From contig CP143273.1 in the NCBI GenBank assembly GCA_051013385.1, positions 288,001 through 352,000 of the forward strand: DNA of 64,000 nt, written 5' to 3'. The notes below the pieces were generated by a model. The model worked only from the letters and a program-made list of their open reading frames with translations. It did no database searches and was not told the origin of the DNA. This document shows, piece after piece, positions 20,318-30,616 of the stretch (positions are counted from its first letter, which is position 1; the number at the start of each line of letters is the position of its first letter). Both the position numbers and the translations under genes were made by a program. Source of the DNA: Phormidium sp. (GTDB taxonomy: Bacteria > Cyanobacteriota > Cyanobacteriia > Cyanobacteriales > Aerosakkonemataceae).

Positions 20318-22921
20318 TCAAACACCTATCTTTTCCAACTCAACTTCTGCTGCGGCTTCTTTCATAATTTCGCTCAGGAATAGATAAGCTTCTTCCCATG
20401 CCTTTCGTACTGGCATAGTAAACTCTTCACCCAGTCCTTGCGCTAATGTCCACAGCAACGCCTCACCGACAACATCGTAGTATTCAGCTTTGACACCATA
20501 GTCCACATGACGGCGACCCAGCTTTTGGACGACGGGGATAATCTTATCTGGCTGACGCAAACCTTCCACGGCAAGACCAAGGGTATTCATTAGCTTACCT
20601 TCCTGGTTTTTCATCTCTCCCTGCTTAAATAGAGGACGAAAAGAAGGTTCTAATTCAAACAGTCGTTGGTAGAATAGTTCGGCAGCTTTATCAGCAATGG
20701 GCTTGACTTTAGCAAAGGATGACTGCACCAATTCCACTTGAGTTGGAACTAACTTCCTGGTAGTTACCAGGGTCCAAGTTTCTAATTCTCCCAGACCTTG
20801 AATGTTCACGATCGGGTTTTGAATGAATGTGTAGCTATCTGCTATACGTTCGTACACGCTCTGAGTCAGTAAAATATGCTTCAACTCAGCTTTACTGGAA
20901 AGACTGCTGGCTATATATGCTGTTTCTCCCCAAATGCCGTATCTAAATCTCTCTGTTCCGACTACTCCTGCTGTTACTGGACCTGTATGAATGCTGATGC
21001 GTAACGCCAAGGCAGAATTATGCTGAGTATTCAGACGTTGGATGATGTCTAACATGGCTAGGGCAAAATCAACCGTTCGCTTACTGTGGTCGAATCTAGC
21101 TTGAGTGAGTCCGCACACCGCCATGTAGCTTGTACCCAGAGAGTCCTGTCGTTCCAACCCATAGCGTTCTGCACAATCGTCCAATTCATCAAATAGCTCG
21201 GTGAGCAATTCTGCCATCTGTTGCGGTGAAAGTCGTTTATTCAACTCAGAAAGACCAGCTATATGAGCATTGAGGATGGTTACTTGCTTGATATTGTCAG
21301 CAATGGTCGCCTCTCCTTGTTTTCTGCGATCAACGATCGCACTTGGTAGGATATTGAGCAGGAGAAGATCACTCTCCTGCTTCTTGATTTCTAACTCTTG
21401 CTCAGTTTGGCGTAATTTGTTCCCCAGTTGTTTGATCTCTGTTGCCAATTCCCCAAACTCGTCAAGCGACTCAACTTCAACATCCGCATCCAGTTCTCCA
21501 GCGGCAAGTTTTCGGGTATTTTCAGTCAAACGATGCAGAGGTGAGGTGAAAATTTTAGCAGCCACTGCTGCTAAAAACGCCGTCCCCAGTAGAAAAAGCG
21601 CCGCCGCCATCAGCAAAATGACCTGTAACACATAAAGCGGACTATAAGCTTCCCCAACCTCCATCTCTGCCAGAATCGCCCAATTTAACCCGTTCAACTG
21701 CAAAGGAGCATAAGAACTCAAGACCTCTGCCCCCCGATAGTTGCGGTTTACCATCATGCCTTGTTGCCCTTCCAAAGCGGCTATTGCGGCAGGACTCTTG
21801 ATTTTCTGCAAGCCAATGGTGGTGTTAAAAGTCTCCATCAGTTGCAGAGTTCTTGGGTCAGTCCCCGTGTAACGCACCGCGTTTTGATATTTTTTCGGGT
21901 CTTCACTCCAAAAACGGGATGTCGATCGCATCAGGGAATCGGGTCCGACTAAATACGCTTCCCCCGTTTTCTGCAAACCACTGCCTTGCCAATCATTATT
22001 CCGGCTAATAGCCCGATCGATCTTATTAAAGGGGATTTGCACAGCCAGGATACCAACCAAATTAGAACCGCTATAAATGGGCGTTGCCATGAAAGCCGCT
22101 GGAACATTATAAGAGGGGCGGTAAGGTTTAAAATCAGCAACCTGAATGCTACCTGGAGCCGGATTTGTCTTCATTTTCTCCACCAAATCCGCTAGCGCAC
22201 TATCAAAATACAAAGCCTGTAGTCGGTTCGTGGCAAAATCTGTCTCTTTAAAATAGGAATAGACGATATCCCCATTTTTAGGGTTAATCAAAAACAAATC
22301 ATAATAACCGTATTTTTCGATAATTCCGGCAAAGAATTTTTGATATTTGGCATGAGCTTTAGTGTAATCGCTGCCATCACCAGAATCAAGAAGCTTCTCT
22401 TTTTGACCAACTGGATTGGGATTAGAAGCAATGTAGTGATACTGGAGATAGCGAGCCGCTTGTCCGGTGGGAATATAAACACTAGGGATCGGGGTTCCAG
22501 GGAATAAATTTTTTTGCAACCGAGGGAAAAATTGCTCGGTGTAGTAAGCATTCAACGCTGTATCCCATTCGGAGGGAATCACGTTGTTCTCCAGGTTGCG
22601 AAAACCTGCATTCAACTCCACCATCGCTTTAACGACGTTGCTGTCTGCTGCTAGCATCCCCACTTGGTTGTTTAAATTTTCAAAGTACGACTTAAACTGC
22701 TCGGCTTTGGTGCTGCTGATACCTGCAAGTTGCGAGGCGATTTTACTTCTGAGGGTGGCTTGTGTTTGATACCAACCAATTCCACTCACGACCACTACAG
22801 AACCAAGGCTAACTCCTAGCAGCAACGCTTGCAGCTTGGATTGAATAGTCCAGTCGCCTAGTTTGAGATTAATTGGAGAGCTATTACGGGATTTACGCAA
22901 ACGATTTAAAGAATTTAACAT
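20318..22921 (-). CDS. Membrane sensor: Cache-like + HAMP + degenerate class III nucleotide cyclase + C-terminal globin
   Basis: YYDLFLIN, DEFGELA, LLLNILP, IHTGPVTAGVVG; globin FYQRLF...LGRRHVDYGV. Confidence 0.85.
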   Translation of the reverse strand: MLNSLNRLRKSRNSSPINLKLGDWTIQSKLQALLLGVSLGSVVVVSGIGWYQTQATLRSKIASQLAGISSTKAEQFKSYFENLNNQVGMLAADSNVVKAMVELNAGFRNLENNVIPSEWDTALNAYYTEQFFPRLQKNLFPGTPIPSVYIPTGQAARYLQYHYIASNPNPVGQKEKLLDSGDGSDYTKAHAKYQKFFAGIIEKYGYYDLFLINPKNGDIVYSYFKETDFATNRLQALYFDSALADLVEKMKTNPAPGSIQVADFKPYRPSYNVPAAFMATPIYSGSNLVGILAVQIPFNKIDRAISRNNDWQGSGLQKTGEAYLVGPDSLMRSTSRFWSEDPKKYQNAVRYTGTDPRTLQLMETFNTTIGLQKIKSPAAIAALEGQQGMMVNRNYRGAEVLSSYAPLQLNGLNWAILAEMEVGEAYSPLYVLQVILLMAAALFLLGTAFLAAVAAKIFTSPLHRLTENTRKLAAGELDADVEVESLDEFGELATEIKQLGNKLRQTEQELEIKKQESDLLLLNILPSAIVDRRKQGEATIADNIKQVTILNAHIAGLSELNKRLSPQQMAELLTELFDELDDCAERYGLERQDSLGTSYMAVCGLTQARFDHSKRTVDFALAMLDIIQRLNTQHNSALALRISIHTGPVTAGVVGTERFRYGIWGETAYIASSLSSKAELKHILLTQSVYERIADSYTFIQNPIVNIQGLGELETWTLVTTRKLVPTQVELVQSSFAKVKPIADKAAELFYQRLFELEPSFRPLFKQGEMKNQEGKLMNTLGLAVEGLRQPDKIIPVVQKLGRRHVDYGVKAEYYDVVGEALLWTLAQGLGEEFTMPVRKAWEEAYLFLSEIMKEAAAEVELEKIGV

Positions 22922-23172
22922 CTTTTTGATTAATTTTGATGGTGAATACTTAACCCAGAAGGCAGAAGGGATATTGCTTGTACAGTAAACTTTTTAATTT
23001 TTTTAAATGATCATTATTTCTGCCCCGCTATACTAGCAAGTTTGATGTTGCAATTACATTTATATTCTTATTATTTATTTTCCTTGATTCTATCTATCAT
23101 TTTAATTAGATTAAGTCAAGTATTTTACAAATAATTTAGAAATAAATTCTTCACTTATGAAAGTAATAAATA

Positions 23173-23208
23173 TAGGAAAATTAGGAATAGTAGGGAAAGT
23201 AGGAATCT
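23173..23208 (+). promoter_or_regulatory. Four TAGG-cored repeats at exact 9-bp spacing
   Basis: TAGG at 23173, 23182, 23191 and 23200 in the divergent intergenic region. Confidence 0.5.
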
Positions 23209-23356
23209 GGTATAGGCAAGATTAATTTTTAAAAAAAAGCTTATTATTAATTTACTTCTTATTAATGCTGAGTAAAGCAAAAATTATAAATATTTCAAAT
23301 ACATCATCACTCTTGGAAACAAGCGAAAACGGAGTATTGGTAGAGATGGCAAAGGT

Positions 23357-24355
23357 ATGAAGAAAGGTCATCAGAACCGAACTCGTTCACAAACAATTGT
23401 TAAGCCAAGCAATACGATAAGGTTCATGAACATGATTAATGCCAGTAACATTCTTAATGACTATGCCAAACAAGAACGAAATTTTAAAAATCTTGACCTT
23501 AGTCGAGTTGACCTGAAGGGTGCTGACCTAAATGGAGTTGATTTTAGTCATACTAACCTCAATAAAGCTGATTTGAGTTCTACAAATTTAAGTGGTACAA
23601 GTCTGATTTGGACAGATTTGAATCGAGCCAACTTAAGACAAGCAAACCTAACTCAATCATGCCTGCTCCACAGTAGCCTGTTATGGGCAGATTTACAGGA
23701 AGCCATATTAGTTAAGGCTAACTTGAGTAATGCTCTGCTTAATAATGCTAATTTAACTTCGGCCTGTTTAAAGGATGCTGATTTGATGGAAGCGTGTTTA
23801 CAAAACGCTTGTTTAGTTCAAACAACTCTTAGTCGAGCCAATTTATTCAAAGCCAGCTTGAAAGGAGCGAATTTAACCAAAGCCAATCTCGATGATGCTA
23901 ATTTGCATCAGACTAATTGGGAAGGTGCTATTTTAAGCGAAGCCTCGTTGCAGCGAGTTAACCTCGAAGAAAGCCAACTTAATGAGGCAATTCTCCGCAG
24001 AGCTAATTTGACGGAGGCTGATTTGGTTAAGGCTGATTTGAGATATGCCGATTTGACAGAAGCAATTTTAAGCCGAGTTGCTCTAGAGTTAGCTAACTTA
24101 GCTGGCGCTGACTTCAGCCGTGCGACTCTAAAACGAGCCTCTCTATTTCAAGCCGATTTAGAGGGAGCCATTTTGCAGAATACCGACCTAGTTGAGACTG
24201 ATTTGAGACACGCCAACTTGAAAAATGCTGAGCTAATGGGTGCTGATTTCTCTGGTTCCCGCGTCAAAGGAGCCTGTTTTACAGAGGCTCAAGGGTTAAC
24301 TGATGCACAGAAGCAGTGGCTCAGAATTAATGGAGCGTTGAATATCTCAGTCTAG
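23357..24355 (+). CDS. Pentapeptide-repeat protein
   Basis: Continuous A(D/N)Lxx repeats. Confidence 0.92.
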   Translation: MKKGHQNRTRSQTIVKPSNTIRFMNMINASNILNDYAKQERNFKNLDLSRVDLKGADLNGVDFSHTNLNKADLSSTNLSGTSLIWTDLNRANLRQANLTQSCLLHSSLLWADLQEAILVKANLSNALLNNANLTSACLKDADLMEACLQNACLVQTTLSRANLFKASLKGANLTKANLDDANLHQTNWEGAILSEASLQRVNLEESQLNEAILRRANLTEADLVKADLRYADLTEAILSRVALELANLAGADFSRATLKRASLFQADLEGAILQNTDLVETDLRHANLKNAELMGADFSGSRVKGACFTEAQGLTDAQKQWLRINGALNISV

Positions 24356-24370
24356 CCAGTTGGTATTGGA

Positions 24371-24442
24371 ATGAAAAACATTGAAGAACTTGTGGAATTT
24401 GCGCTCCAGTTAGTGGCTACAGAAACAGGGTTTTCACTGAGC
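24371..24442 (+). pseudogene. 5' stub of a wHTH-AAA gene (paralogue of the gene starting at 34068)
   Basis: MKNIEELVEFALQLVATETGFSLS versus MSNTEELVEFALELVAKKTGFSLTS. Confidence 0.7.
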
Positions 24443-24491
24443 TATATAAACTCCTATTTATTCGCGCTCTACAAGCACGAATAAATTGATC

Positions 24492-24588
24492 TCATGTCCG
24501 GTTGATTACCCATAATGTAGAGACGTTATATATAACGTCTCTACAGGGTTTTGGATTAAGGATATTATCGCTGATCGAAGGGACATGA
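24492..24588. repeat. MITE-like element with REP-like palindrome
   Basis: TIR TCATGTCC/GGACATGA; internal TGTAGAGACG-N10-CGTCTCTACA, also at 26772, 41492 and 51969. Confidence 0.6.
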
Positions 24589-24604
24589 TATGAACTTTTA
24601 GCAC

Positions 24605-25105
24605 CTAGTGAGGAGCTAACAATGGGTGTCCTTCGGGATACAAAAGCTTGAGCTTTTGTTCAAAGAGTTTTTTCTCTTCGGTGTATATCGCTTCAATCTG
24701 ATCGACTACATCTTCAGAAATTCCCATTCCTGATGCTACTTTACGAACCATCGCTTTTTCATCTTCACTATATTCCGTATCAGCAGAACAGGTTGCGATC
24801 GCATCGTAAATTATGGAGCGTCGCGCATATTTTGAAAGCATCTCAACGCTAGCTAGTAGATCTTCTAGGCTATCTGTTGCCGGATAGTTTTTTATTTCTT
24901 CAATTACCGAATCGGAAACTCCCTTTGCTGCCGCCAGACCAATTATCCAATTCCTTTCTCCTGGTGTTATTTCTCCATCAGCATTGGCACAAAGTAACAC
25001 AATTTTTGAGTAGATATGTGTTACACTTTTCAAAGGTACTTCCTTGAAATTTAGGGTTTATTTGTAAATCCATTTAGCAATTATTTGACGTGGATCATCA
25101 GACAT
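24605..25105 (-). pseudogene. TerB-like protein with early nonsense codon
   Basis: ADGEITPGE and SADTEYSEDE motifs; RBS and ATG at 25105, in-frame TAA at 25058-25060. Confidence 0.65.
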
Positions 25106-25165
25106 TTTCTAATTCCTTTTTTTACGCTATTGGTTCTAGCAGATAAAAGTCTAGTTTTTGATTAC

Positions 25166-25753
25166 CTAGACCGAACAAATGAGAGATAAAGGGTTCTGGG
25201 AGCGAAAATATCCGCCTAGCAGAAAAAGCAATTCGCAAGCAAATCGAGGCAGGAAATAATAGGAAGAAAGATAGTCATAGTTATTGACAATCAAACAGTA
25301 AGTTCCTGTTTCACCGAATCGTGTAAGTTGGGGAGGAATGGGTACTTCGGTCGTGGAGTGAGGGGTTACAGGTTCCGTGAAAGAGTTTTGACATGGGAGT
25401 ATTGTTAACTGGGAACTGGGAGCAAGCGTAGGGTCGCAGTCTCCATCCTCTTGCTTCTCCACACCCGGCACACTACCCTCTACACTCTGTTGATCTGCCT
25501 GGGAGAATAGATATTCCTTCAAGACTAAAAACAGATTTTTTTTCGTTACTCTCTGACCTATTGCTTTGGAAAGGGTTTGCCACAACTGAGAGCCAATATC
25601 CTTGAGGTGAGCAATACTATAGGCACAATCAGGTGCCATCTCGCTATAACCGCGTCCAACCCATGACTGGCACAGGATGAAGCGCTCCAAAGAACTTAGT
25701 TGTCTAGAGAGCAGACTTTGTTCTACAGTATCTAAAACTTCATCAACATTCAT
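25166..25753 (-). CDS. N-terminal winged-HTH domain of the type fused to cyanobacterial STAND/AAA proteins; NTPase lost, probably truncated
   Basis: LSSLERFILCQSW...YSEMA...GSQLWQTLSKAIGQRVTKKN, then linker and unrelated tail. Confidence 0.7.
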   Translation of the reverse strand: MNVDEVLDTVEQSLLSRQLSSLERFILCQSWVGRGYSEMAPDCAYSIAHLKDIGSQLWQTLSKAIGQRVTKKNLFLVLKEYLFSQADQQSVEGSVPGVEKQEDGDCDPTLAPSSQLTILPCQNSFTEPVTPHSTTEVPIPPQLTRFGETGTYCLIVNNYDYLSSYYFLPRFACELLFLLGGYFRSQNPLSLICSV

Positions 25754-25894
25754 AATAGTGTTTCCATTTGAGTAGTATGCTTCAAGGAGTGTAAAAGCTG
25801 AAACTATTGGTATTTATTGGCTTTTAGCTCCGTTGTCACCCCCCGAAGTAGTAGCGTACATTTAGCAAAAGGCTTCACTATTTATTGTTAGGTG

Positions 25895-26025
25895 CTTTAG
25901 CTCAACGAGAAAATAGATAAAGTTGGTATGTTTGTGTAAAGTTATATTCTGATGAAGAGCGATTTCACAATTAGGTGCTATTGTCAATATACTAAATTGG
26001 TTAATTAATGCTCCAACTAAAAGCT
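25895..26025. repeat. Diverged duplicate of 32600-32727 (3' end and downstream region of wHTH-AAA gene)
   Basis: CTTTAGCTCAACGAGAAA..GATAAAGTTGGTAT..TTGTCAATATACTAAATTGGT in both places. Confidence 0.8.
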
Positions 26026-26146
26026 CAGTTTGGTGATAAGAGAAAGCGAAAACTTGTATTTAACTCTGGTTGGGGCGATCGTTCTCAATAGCCCTTTCTC
26101 CACTATCTGTTCAACTGCCGCAATTAATTGAATCAGCCGAAAATAA

Positions 26147-26204
26147 AAGTAGGAAAAGTGGGTTGATTCCCAAAAAGAGTAGCTTTAATTTTTAAAAGTG
26201 ATAA
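26147..26204 (+). promoter_or_regulatory. Putative globin promoter with 9-bp repeats
   Basis: AAGTAGGAA AAGTGGG TTGATT-17 nt-TAATTT; homologous to 15545-15602 (minus). Confidence 0.6.
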
Positions 26205-26294
26205 CCTTTTAAATTAAGGAAAAATTATTGGTAAATTACAAATGTTAAGTCAACTCTTGTAGCAAAATATAAATATTAGGCTAGGAAAAAAATA

Positions 26295-26711
26295 ATGTCT
26301 TTAAATGTTGAACTGTTAGAGCAAAGTTTCGCTCAAATAAAACCTCGCGCTGATGACTTTGTAGCTAGTTTCTACGAAAACTTGTTTACCGCTCACCCAG
26401 AAGCAAAGCCGTTATTTGCCAAGACTAATATGAGCGAGCAACGCAAGCATCTGTTAGCGGCTTTAAACTTGGTAGTACAAAATCTTCGGAAACCACAGGT
26501 TTTAGAAGAAGCTCTCAAATCTCTAGGAGCCAAGCACGTCGGGTATGGAACTGCTGCCAAACATTACCCCCTAGTTGGGCAAGCACTGCTAACAACCTTT
26601 GAGCAGTATCTTCAGCAAGATTGGACTCCTGAAGTTAAGCAAGCCTGGACAGATGCTTTGGGAGCAATTACTACTCTGATGTTAAAAGGTGCGGACGAAG
26701 TAGAATCTTAG
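26295..26711 (+). CDS. Single-domain globin (flavohaemoglobin/Vgb-like)
   Basis: FYENLF (TyrB10), PLF (CD1), EQRKHL (GlnE7), LGAKHVGYG (proximal His). Confidence 0.9.
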   Translation: MSLNVELLEQSFAQIKPRADDFVASFYENLFTAHPEAKPLFAKTNMSEQRKHLLAALNLVVQNLRKPQVLEEALKSLGAKHVGYGTAAKHYPLVGQALLTTFEQYLQQDWTPEVKQAWTDALGAITTLMLKGADEVES

Positions 26712-26730
26712 AACTATCCGAATTGTCTAT

Positions 26731-26821
26731 TAGACCTCTCCAGAAATTAAAGGTGCGTCGCCTAGAACTCTTGTAGAGACGTTTCATGAAACGTCTCTAC
26801 AAGGTTTTTTGGAGATGTCTA
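26731..26821. repeat. MITE-like element whose end supplies the WD40 gene stop codon
   Basis: TIR TAGACCTCTCCA/TGGAGATGTCTA with internal palindrome. Confidence 0.55.
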
Positions 26822-29800
26822 TTGGAGAGAGCGATCGCACAAATGTCTATCCTCCTCCTTCACTTCGGCATTAGTGAGTAGATAATCCCGCACCAAATCG
26901 CAACCTGATGCTAGTACTTTATCTAGCTCTACAGACTGCTCCAAATTCCACAAAATTACCGTTTTGTCCTCAGAAGCGGAAGCCAGAGTTTTGCCATCAG
27001 GAGCAAAAGCTAATTCCTTAACTCCAGCACTATGTCCAATTAAATTTGTGAGGAATCTCCCGTCAGACTTCCAAAGTTTAATTATCCCATCATTACTTCC
27101 TGTAGCAATTGTTTGGCTATCAGGGCTAAAAGCTACACTCCAAATCCCAGAATCATGTCCCTTAAGAATATGCAATAACTGACCGTCACGACTCCAAAGT
27201 TTAACTATTTTGTCTTCACTCACGGAAGCAATCAATTCCCCATTAGGACTGAAAGCGGCGTTCATAACTGCACTATCATGAGCTTGAATAGTCTTGAATA
27301 AGCTATTCTCACTTTTGGCAACTGATTTAGAATTTAAAACTGAAGCTAAACGCCAAAACTTTAGTGTTTTGTCGCCACTACTCGATACAAGTGTCGCACC
27401 ATTGGGACTAAAAGCCACCGCCCAAGTTCCTGCTGTGTGTCCTCTGAAGGTAGCGATTTGGGTGCCGTTGACGTGCCAAAGTTTGATTGTGCGATCGCTA
27501 CTCGAAGATGCAATCATATTACCATCAGGGCTAAAAGCGATTTTCCTAATATCACCCTGATGCCCTTTGAGACTATAAAGCAATGTACCATCAGGACTCC
27601 AAAACTGGATCGATTGGTCTGCACTAGCTGTAGCGATCGTTTTACCATCTGGACTGATAGCAATTGAGCTAAACTGAGGCATTGGCCCTTTTAAGTGTCT
27701 ATTGCTAGTCCCATCCTTGCGCCAGAGGATAGCCTCCTTCGGACTTGATGAAGCTACTAACTGTCCATCAGAGCTAAAAGCCACTCCCCAAACTCCAGCT
27801 GTATGTCCCCGCAAAACTTTCAGTAAAGGACTGTCTAATTTCCAGGCTTTTACAGTCCCATCCCAAGATGCAGAATATAATTTGTCGCCGCTGGGACTAA
27901 AAGCCAGATCTTTAATCGCACTGTCATGACCTCTAATCGCATTCAAAGAAGTACCATCAAGACTCCAAAATTTTAGCATCTGGTCATCAGAGCCAGAGAC
28001 AATCATCTGCCCATTGGGGCTGAAAGCTAGTGTGTTAACTGCTGCATTGTGTGCGGTGAAAGTCCTGATTTTAGTGCCATCACGCTGCCAAAGTTGCAAC
28101 TTGCCATCTCCATTGCCTGTTGCCAGGGTTTTACCATCAGGACTAAAGGCAATTGCGAAAACAGGAGATCGTATATCTAAAAGTGTTTTCACCAATGTGC
28201 CATCTCGTCGCCAGAGTTTGATTGTGCCGTTGTCAGAAGCGGAGACAATCAGATCTCCATCGGGGCTAAAAACTACTTGGGTAACGATCGCACCATGCCC
28301 TTTTAAGGTCTTTATTAATGTACCATCTTTCCGCCAGAGTTTTAGCGTACTGTCCGCACCAGATGAAACAATCAGTTCCCCATCAGGACTAAACTTTACT
28401 TTGCTAGCTGAAGCTGTAAACCCTGTCAAAGTTTTCAGCAAAGTACCGTCACTTCGCCAGAGTTTTACGGTTGTGTCTCCACTTCCTGAAGCAATCAATT
28501 GACCGTTGGGGCTGATGTCTACTCCTAAAGCTGGGCCAATATGTCCTTTGAGGGTGCGAAGTAACCTGCCATCACGATGCCAAATTTGGATGCCATCTTG
28601 CAATGTCGCTACAGCAATAATCTCGCCATTAGAACTGACATCTAATCCGTTAATGGCGGAACCATAACCTGAAAAGCGGTTAAATTCAATAGCTCCATAA
28701 ATCGATCGCCTTAAAGCTAAATCTACCATTGTTTCTGTTTGCGGGTCAGTTAGGGCTAAGGTTTTTAGTTCAATTCTTGCCCTAAGCGCTTCAATTAAAG
28801 CATCTAACCTTTTATCTAAGGCAAAGAGGGCGGCTGAATATCTAGCCCTGCCTTGAATTTTTTCGATTTCTTCATTACGTTGGCTAGTCAGGGCTTTTTG
28901 GTACTGCGAAAAAGCGAATATTCCGGCTGCGATCGCATTTACCAAAGCAAAGGAAAGCGCAGCAATCAAATAAGATTGGCGTTTAGCATTTTTTTTCTTT
29001 AGTGCTAACCTAGCTTCTAATTCTTTGAGACGTTCTGCTTCTAAAAATAATTGGAGTTCTTGTCTATCTACTTCTTGGCTAGCCGCTAAAAAATGATAGT
29101 CCAAATCGCTTAAACTTTTGCCCTGCGTCCAGTATGAAGCGTCTTTTAAAGCTTGTCCGCGCAAGAGGCGAGATTTATCCTGTTTCCCCGAAGCGACCCA
29201 AGCATCAAACGTCTGTGAATAAGGACGCAATGCAGCTAAACTTTTTTCTACCCATTGCAGATTAAATACTTGTTGATAGATACGATTTTTTATCTTTAAT
29301 ATTCCTTCGTGTTTAACAACTAAGCCACTGAGTAACAATTCAATTTGCTCTCGACTATCATCACTTTTTATTTCAACTTCTTGCAAAATTTGTTGATAAA
29401 TGCCCAGAATTCTACCAGCCCGCTGTCCATTACGTTCGATGCGATCGCGTATAGTTCGCAAATGTTCTGGTTCATCCTGCGATTCCCAACGTTCAACGAT
29501 CCGAGTTTTGACCAAATTCTCAATCCAGAACGATTCCGTACCTGGTGGAATGCGATTTAAGCCATCCTTCCCCATTGTCGGCTGACTCAATTGTGCGACT
29601 AATTGACACAACTTCTGAGTCAAAAATGGTTGTCCAGCCGTCCAGTCTAAAATCGCCCTGACAACCAATGCAGGTTGTTCAACTTTCTTTTCCAGCCCTT
29701 GAATTAAGGGTGTTACTTCCTTCCACTCAAATCCTTTTAATTCGATCGCTTGTCCAATATTAAATGGTGTCTTAGTTCTATCTCGAATCAGATCCGAGGG

Positions 29801-30358
29801 AGTTGCTACTCCAAAAATGGCAAAAGTAATGCGTTGATATTCTGGGTTAATTGCCCGTTGGTTATAGCAGAAACGAATAAAGGCAAAAAAGTCATCGATC
29901 GAAAAGTTAAGCCTCAGCAAACTGTCAATTTCATCGACAAAAATAAACAAGTTTTGTTGGGGAAATTGTTTCAATAGCAATTCTTCAATAAACCACCGCA
30001 GCCGTTGCAGTAAACCTAGATCGTTGCGTTCTTGCCACCAAGTTTTTAGGTTCAAGGTTTCCAGTAACCCCAACTGTCGCCATAAGTCAGCGACGAATCC
30101 CTTGTACCATTGCAGGGGAGTAATTTGTTCGCTCCCTATTACACTCAAATCCACCGCAGCGCAGCGAAAGCCATCTCGCTCAAGGCGATGCTTAGTTCGC
30201 ACTAGCAGTGAGGATTTGCCCATTTGCCGAGAGTTGAGGATATAGCAGAACTCCCCTCGTTTCAAGGCTTCATACAGTTGCGAGTCGGCTTGCCGCTGCA
30301 CGTAACTCGGTGCATCAATGGCTAAACTGCCGCCGAGTTGATAGCTATTTGGGAGCAT
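26819..30358 (-). CDS. STAND-type AAA-like NTPase + TM helix + ~14 WD40 repeats
   Basis: NSRQMGKSS Walker A, IFVDEID Walker B, GQPFLTQK; GH...AFSPDG...VKLW repeats; ATG 30358 preferred. Confidence 0.9.
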   Translation of the reverse strand: MLPNSYQLGGSLAIDAPSYVQRQADSQLYEALKRGEFCYILNSRQMGKSSLLVRTKHRLERDGFRCAAVDLSVIGSEQITPLQWYKGFVADLWRQLGLLETLNLKTWWQERNDLGLLQRLRWFIEELLLKQFPQQNLFIFVDEIDSLLRLNFSIDDFFAFIRFCYNQRAINPEYQRITFAIFGVATPSDLIRDRTKTPFNIGQAIELKGFEWKEVTPLIQGLEKKVEQPALVVRAILDWTAGQPFLTQKLCQLVAQLSQPTMGKDGLNRIPPGTESFWIENLVKTRIVERWESQDEPEHLRTIRDRIERNGQRAGRILGIYQQILQEVEIKSDDSREQIELLLSGLVVKHEGILKIKNRIYQQVFNLQWVEKSLAALRPYSQTFDAWVASGKQDKSRLLRGQALKDASYWTQGKSLSDLDYHFLAASQEVDRQELQLFLEAERLKELEARLALKKKNAKRQSYLIAALSFALVNAIAAGIFAFSQYQKALTSQRNEEIEKIQGRARYSAALFALDKRLDALIEALRARIELKTLALTDPQTETMVDLALRRSIYGAIEFNRFSGYGSAINGLDVSSNGEIIAVATLQDGIQIWHRDGRLLRTLKGHIGPALGVDISPNGQLIASGSGDTTVKLWRSDGTLLKTLTGFTASASKVKFSPDGELIVSSGADSTLKLWRKDGTLIKTLKGHGAIVTQVVFSPDGDLIVSASDNGTIKLWRRDGTLVKTLLDIRSPVFAIAFSPDGKTLATGNGDGKLQLWQRDGTKIRTFTAHNAAVNTLAFSPNGQMIVSGSDDQMLKFWSLDGTSLNAIRGHDSAIKDLAFSPSGDKLYSASWDGTVKAWKLDSPLLKVLRGHTAGVWGVAFSSDGQLVASSSPKEAILWRKDGTSNRHLKGPMPQFSSIAISPDGKTIATASADQSIQFWSPDGTLLYSLKGHQGDIRKIAFSPDGNMIASSSSDRTIKLWHVNGTQIATFRGHTAGTWAVAFSPNGATLVSSSGDKTLKFWRLASVLNSKSVAKSENSLFKTIQAHDSAVMNAAFSPNGELIASVSEDKIVKLWSRDGQLLHILKGHDSGIWSVAFSPDSQTIATGSNDGIIKLWKSDGRFLTNLIGHSAGVKELAFAPDGKTLASASEDKTVILWNLEQSVELDKVLASGCDLVRDYLLTNAEVKEEDRHLCDRSLQ

Positions 30359-30466
30359 AAAAAGTTGATTATTAAAGTCTATTATTTTAAACAAAATTTT
30401 GACACTCCGCGAACTAAACCTGTCCGCTGATAAACCCACACACCCAAAGCAAAGCTAGTCAGACCC

Positions 30467-30616
30467 CAATACTGCTCGGTTAAGGGTAGGGGCGAACGCG
30501 AGTGCGTGCCGTAGGCATTAGCATTCGGGCGACAATTTATGTACTCAAACCCTAGATTTTTTGTCCGAATCCTTCGCCCTGACAAAGGCAAAAAATGCAC
30601 AAAGCGAGCAGTATTG
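30467..30616. mobile_element. MITE, copy 1
   Basis: TIR CAATACTGCTCG/CGAGCAGTATTG; second copy at 38564-38712. Confidence 0.75.

Noticed and set aside
26964..28502. Plus-strand ORFs antisense to the WD40 repeats, and similar short shadow ORFs elsewhere
   Set aside because: They lie fully antisense to strong genes and have no motifs of their own
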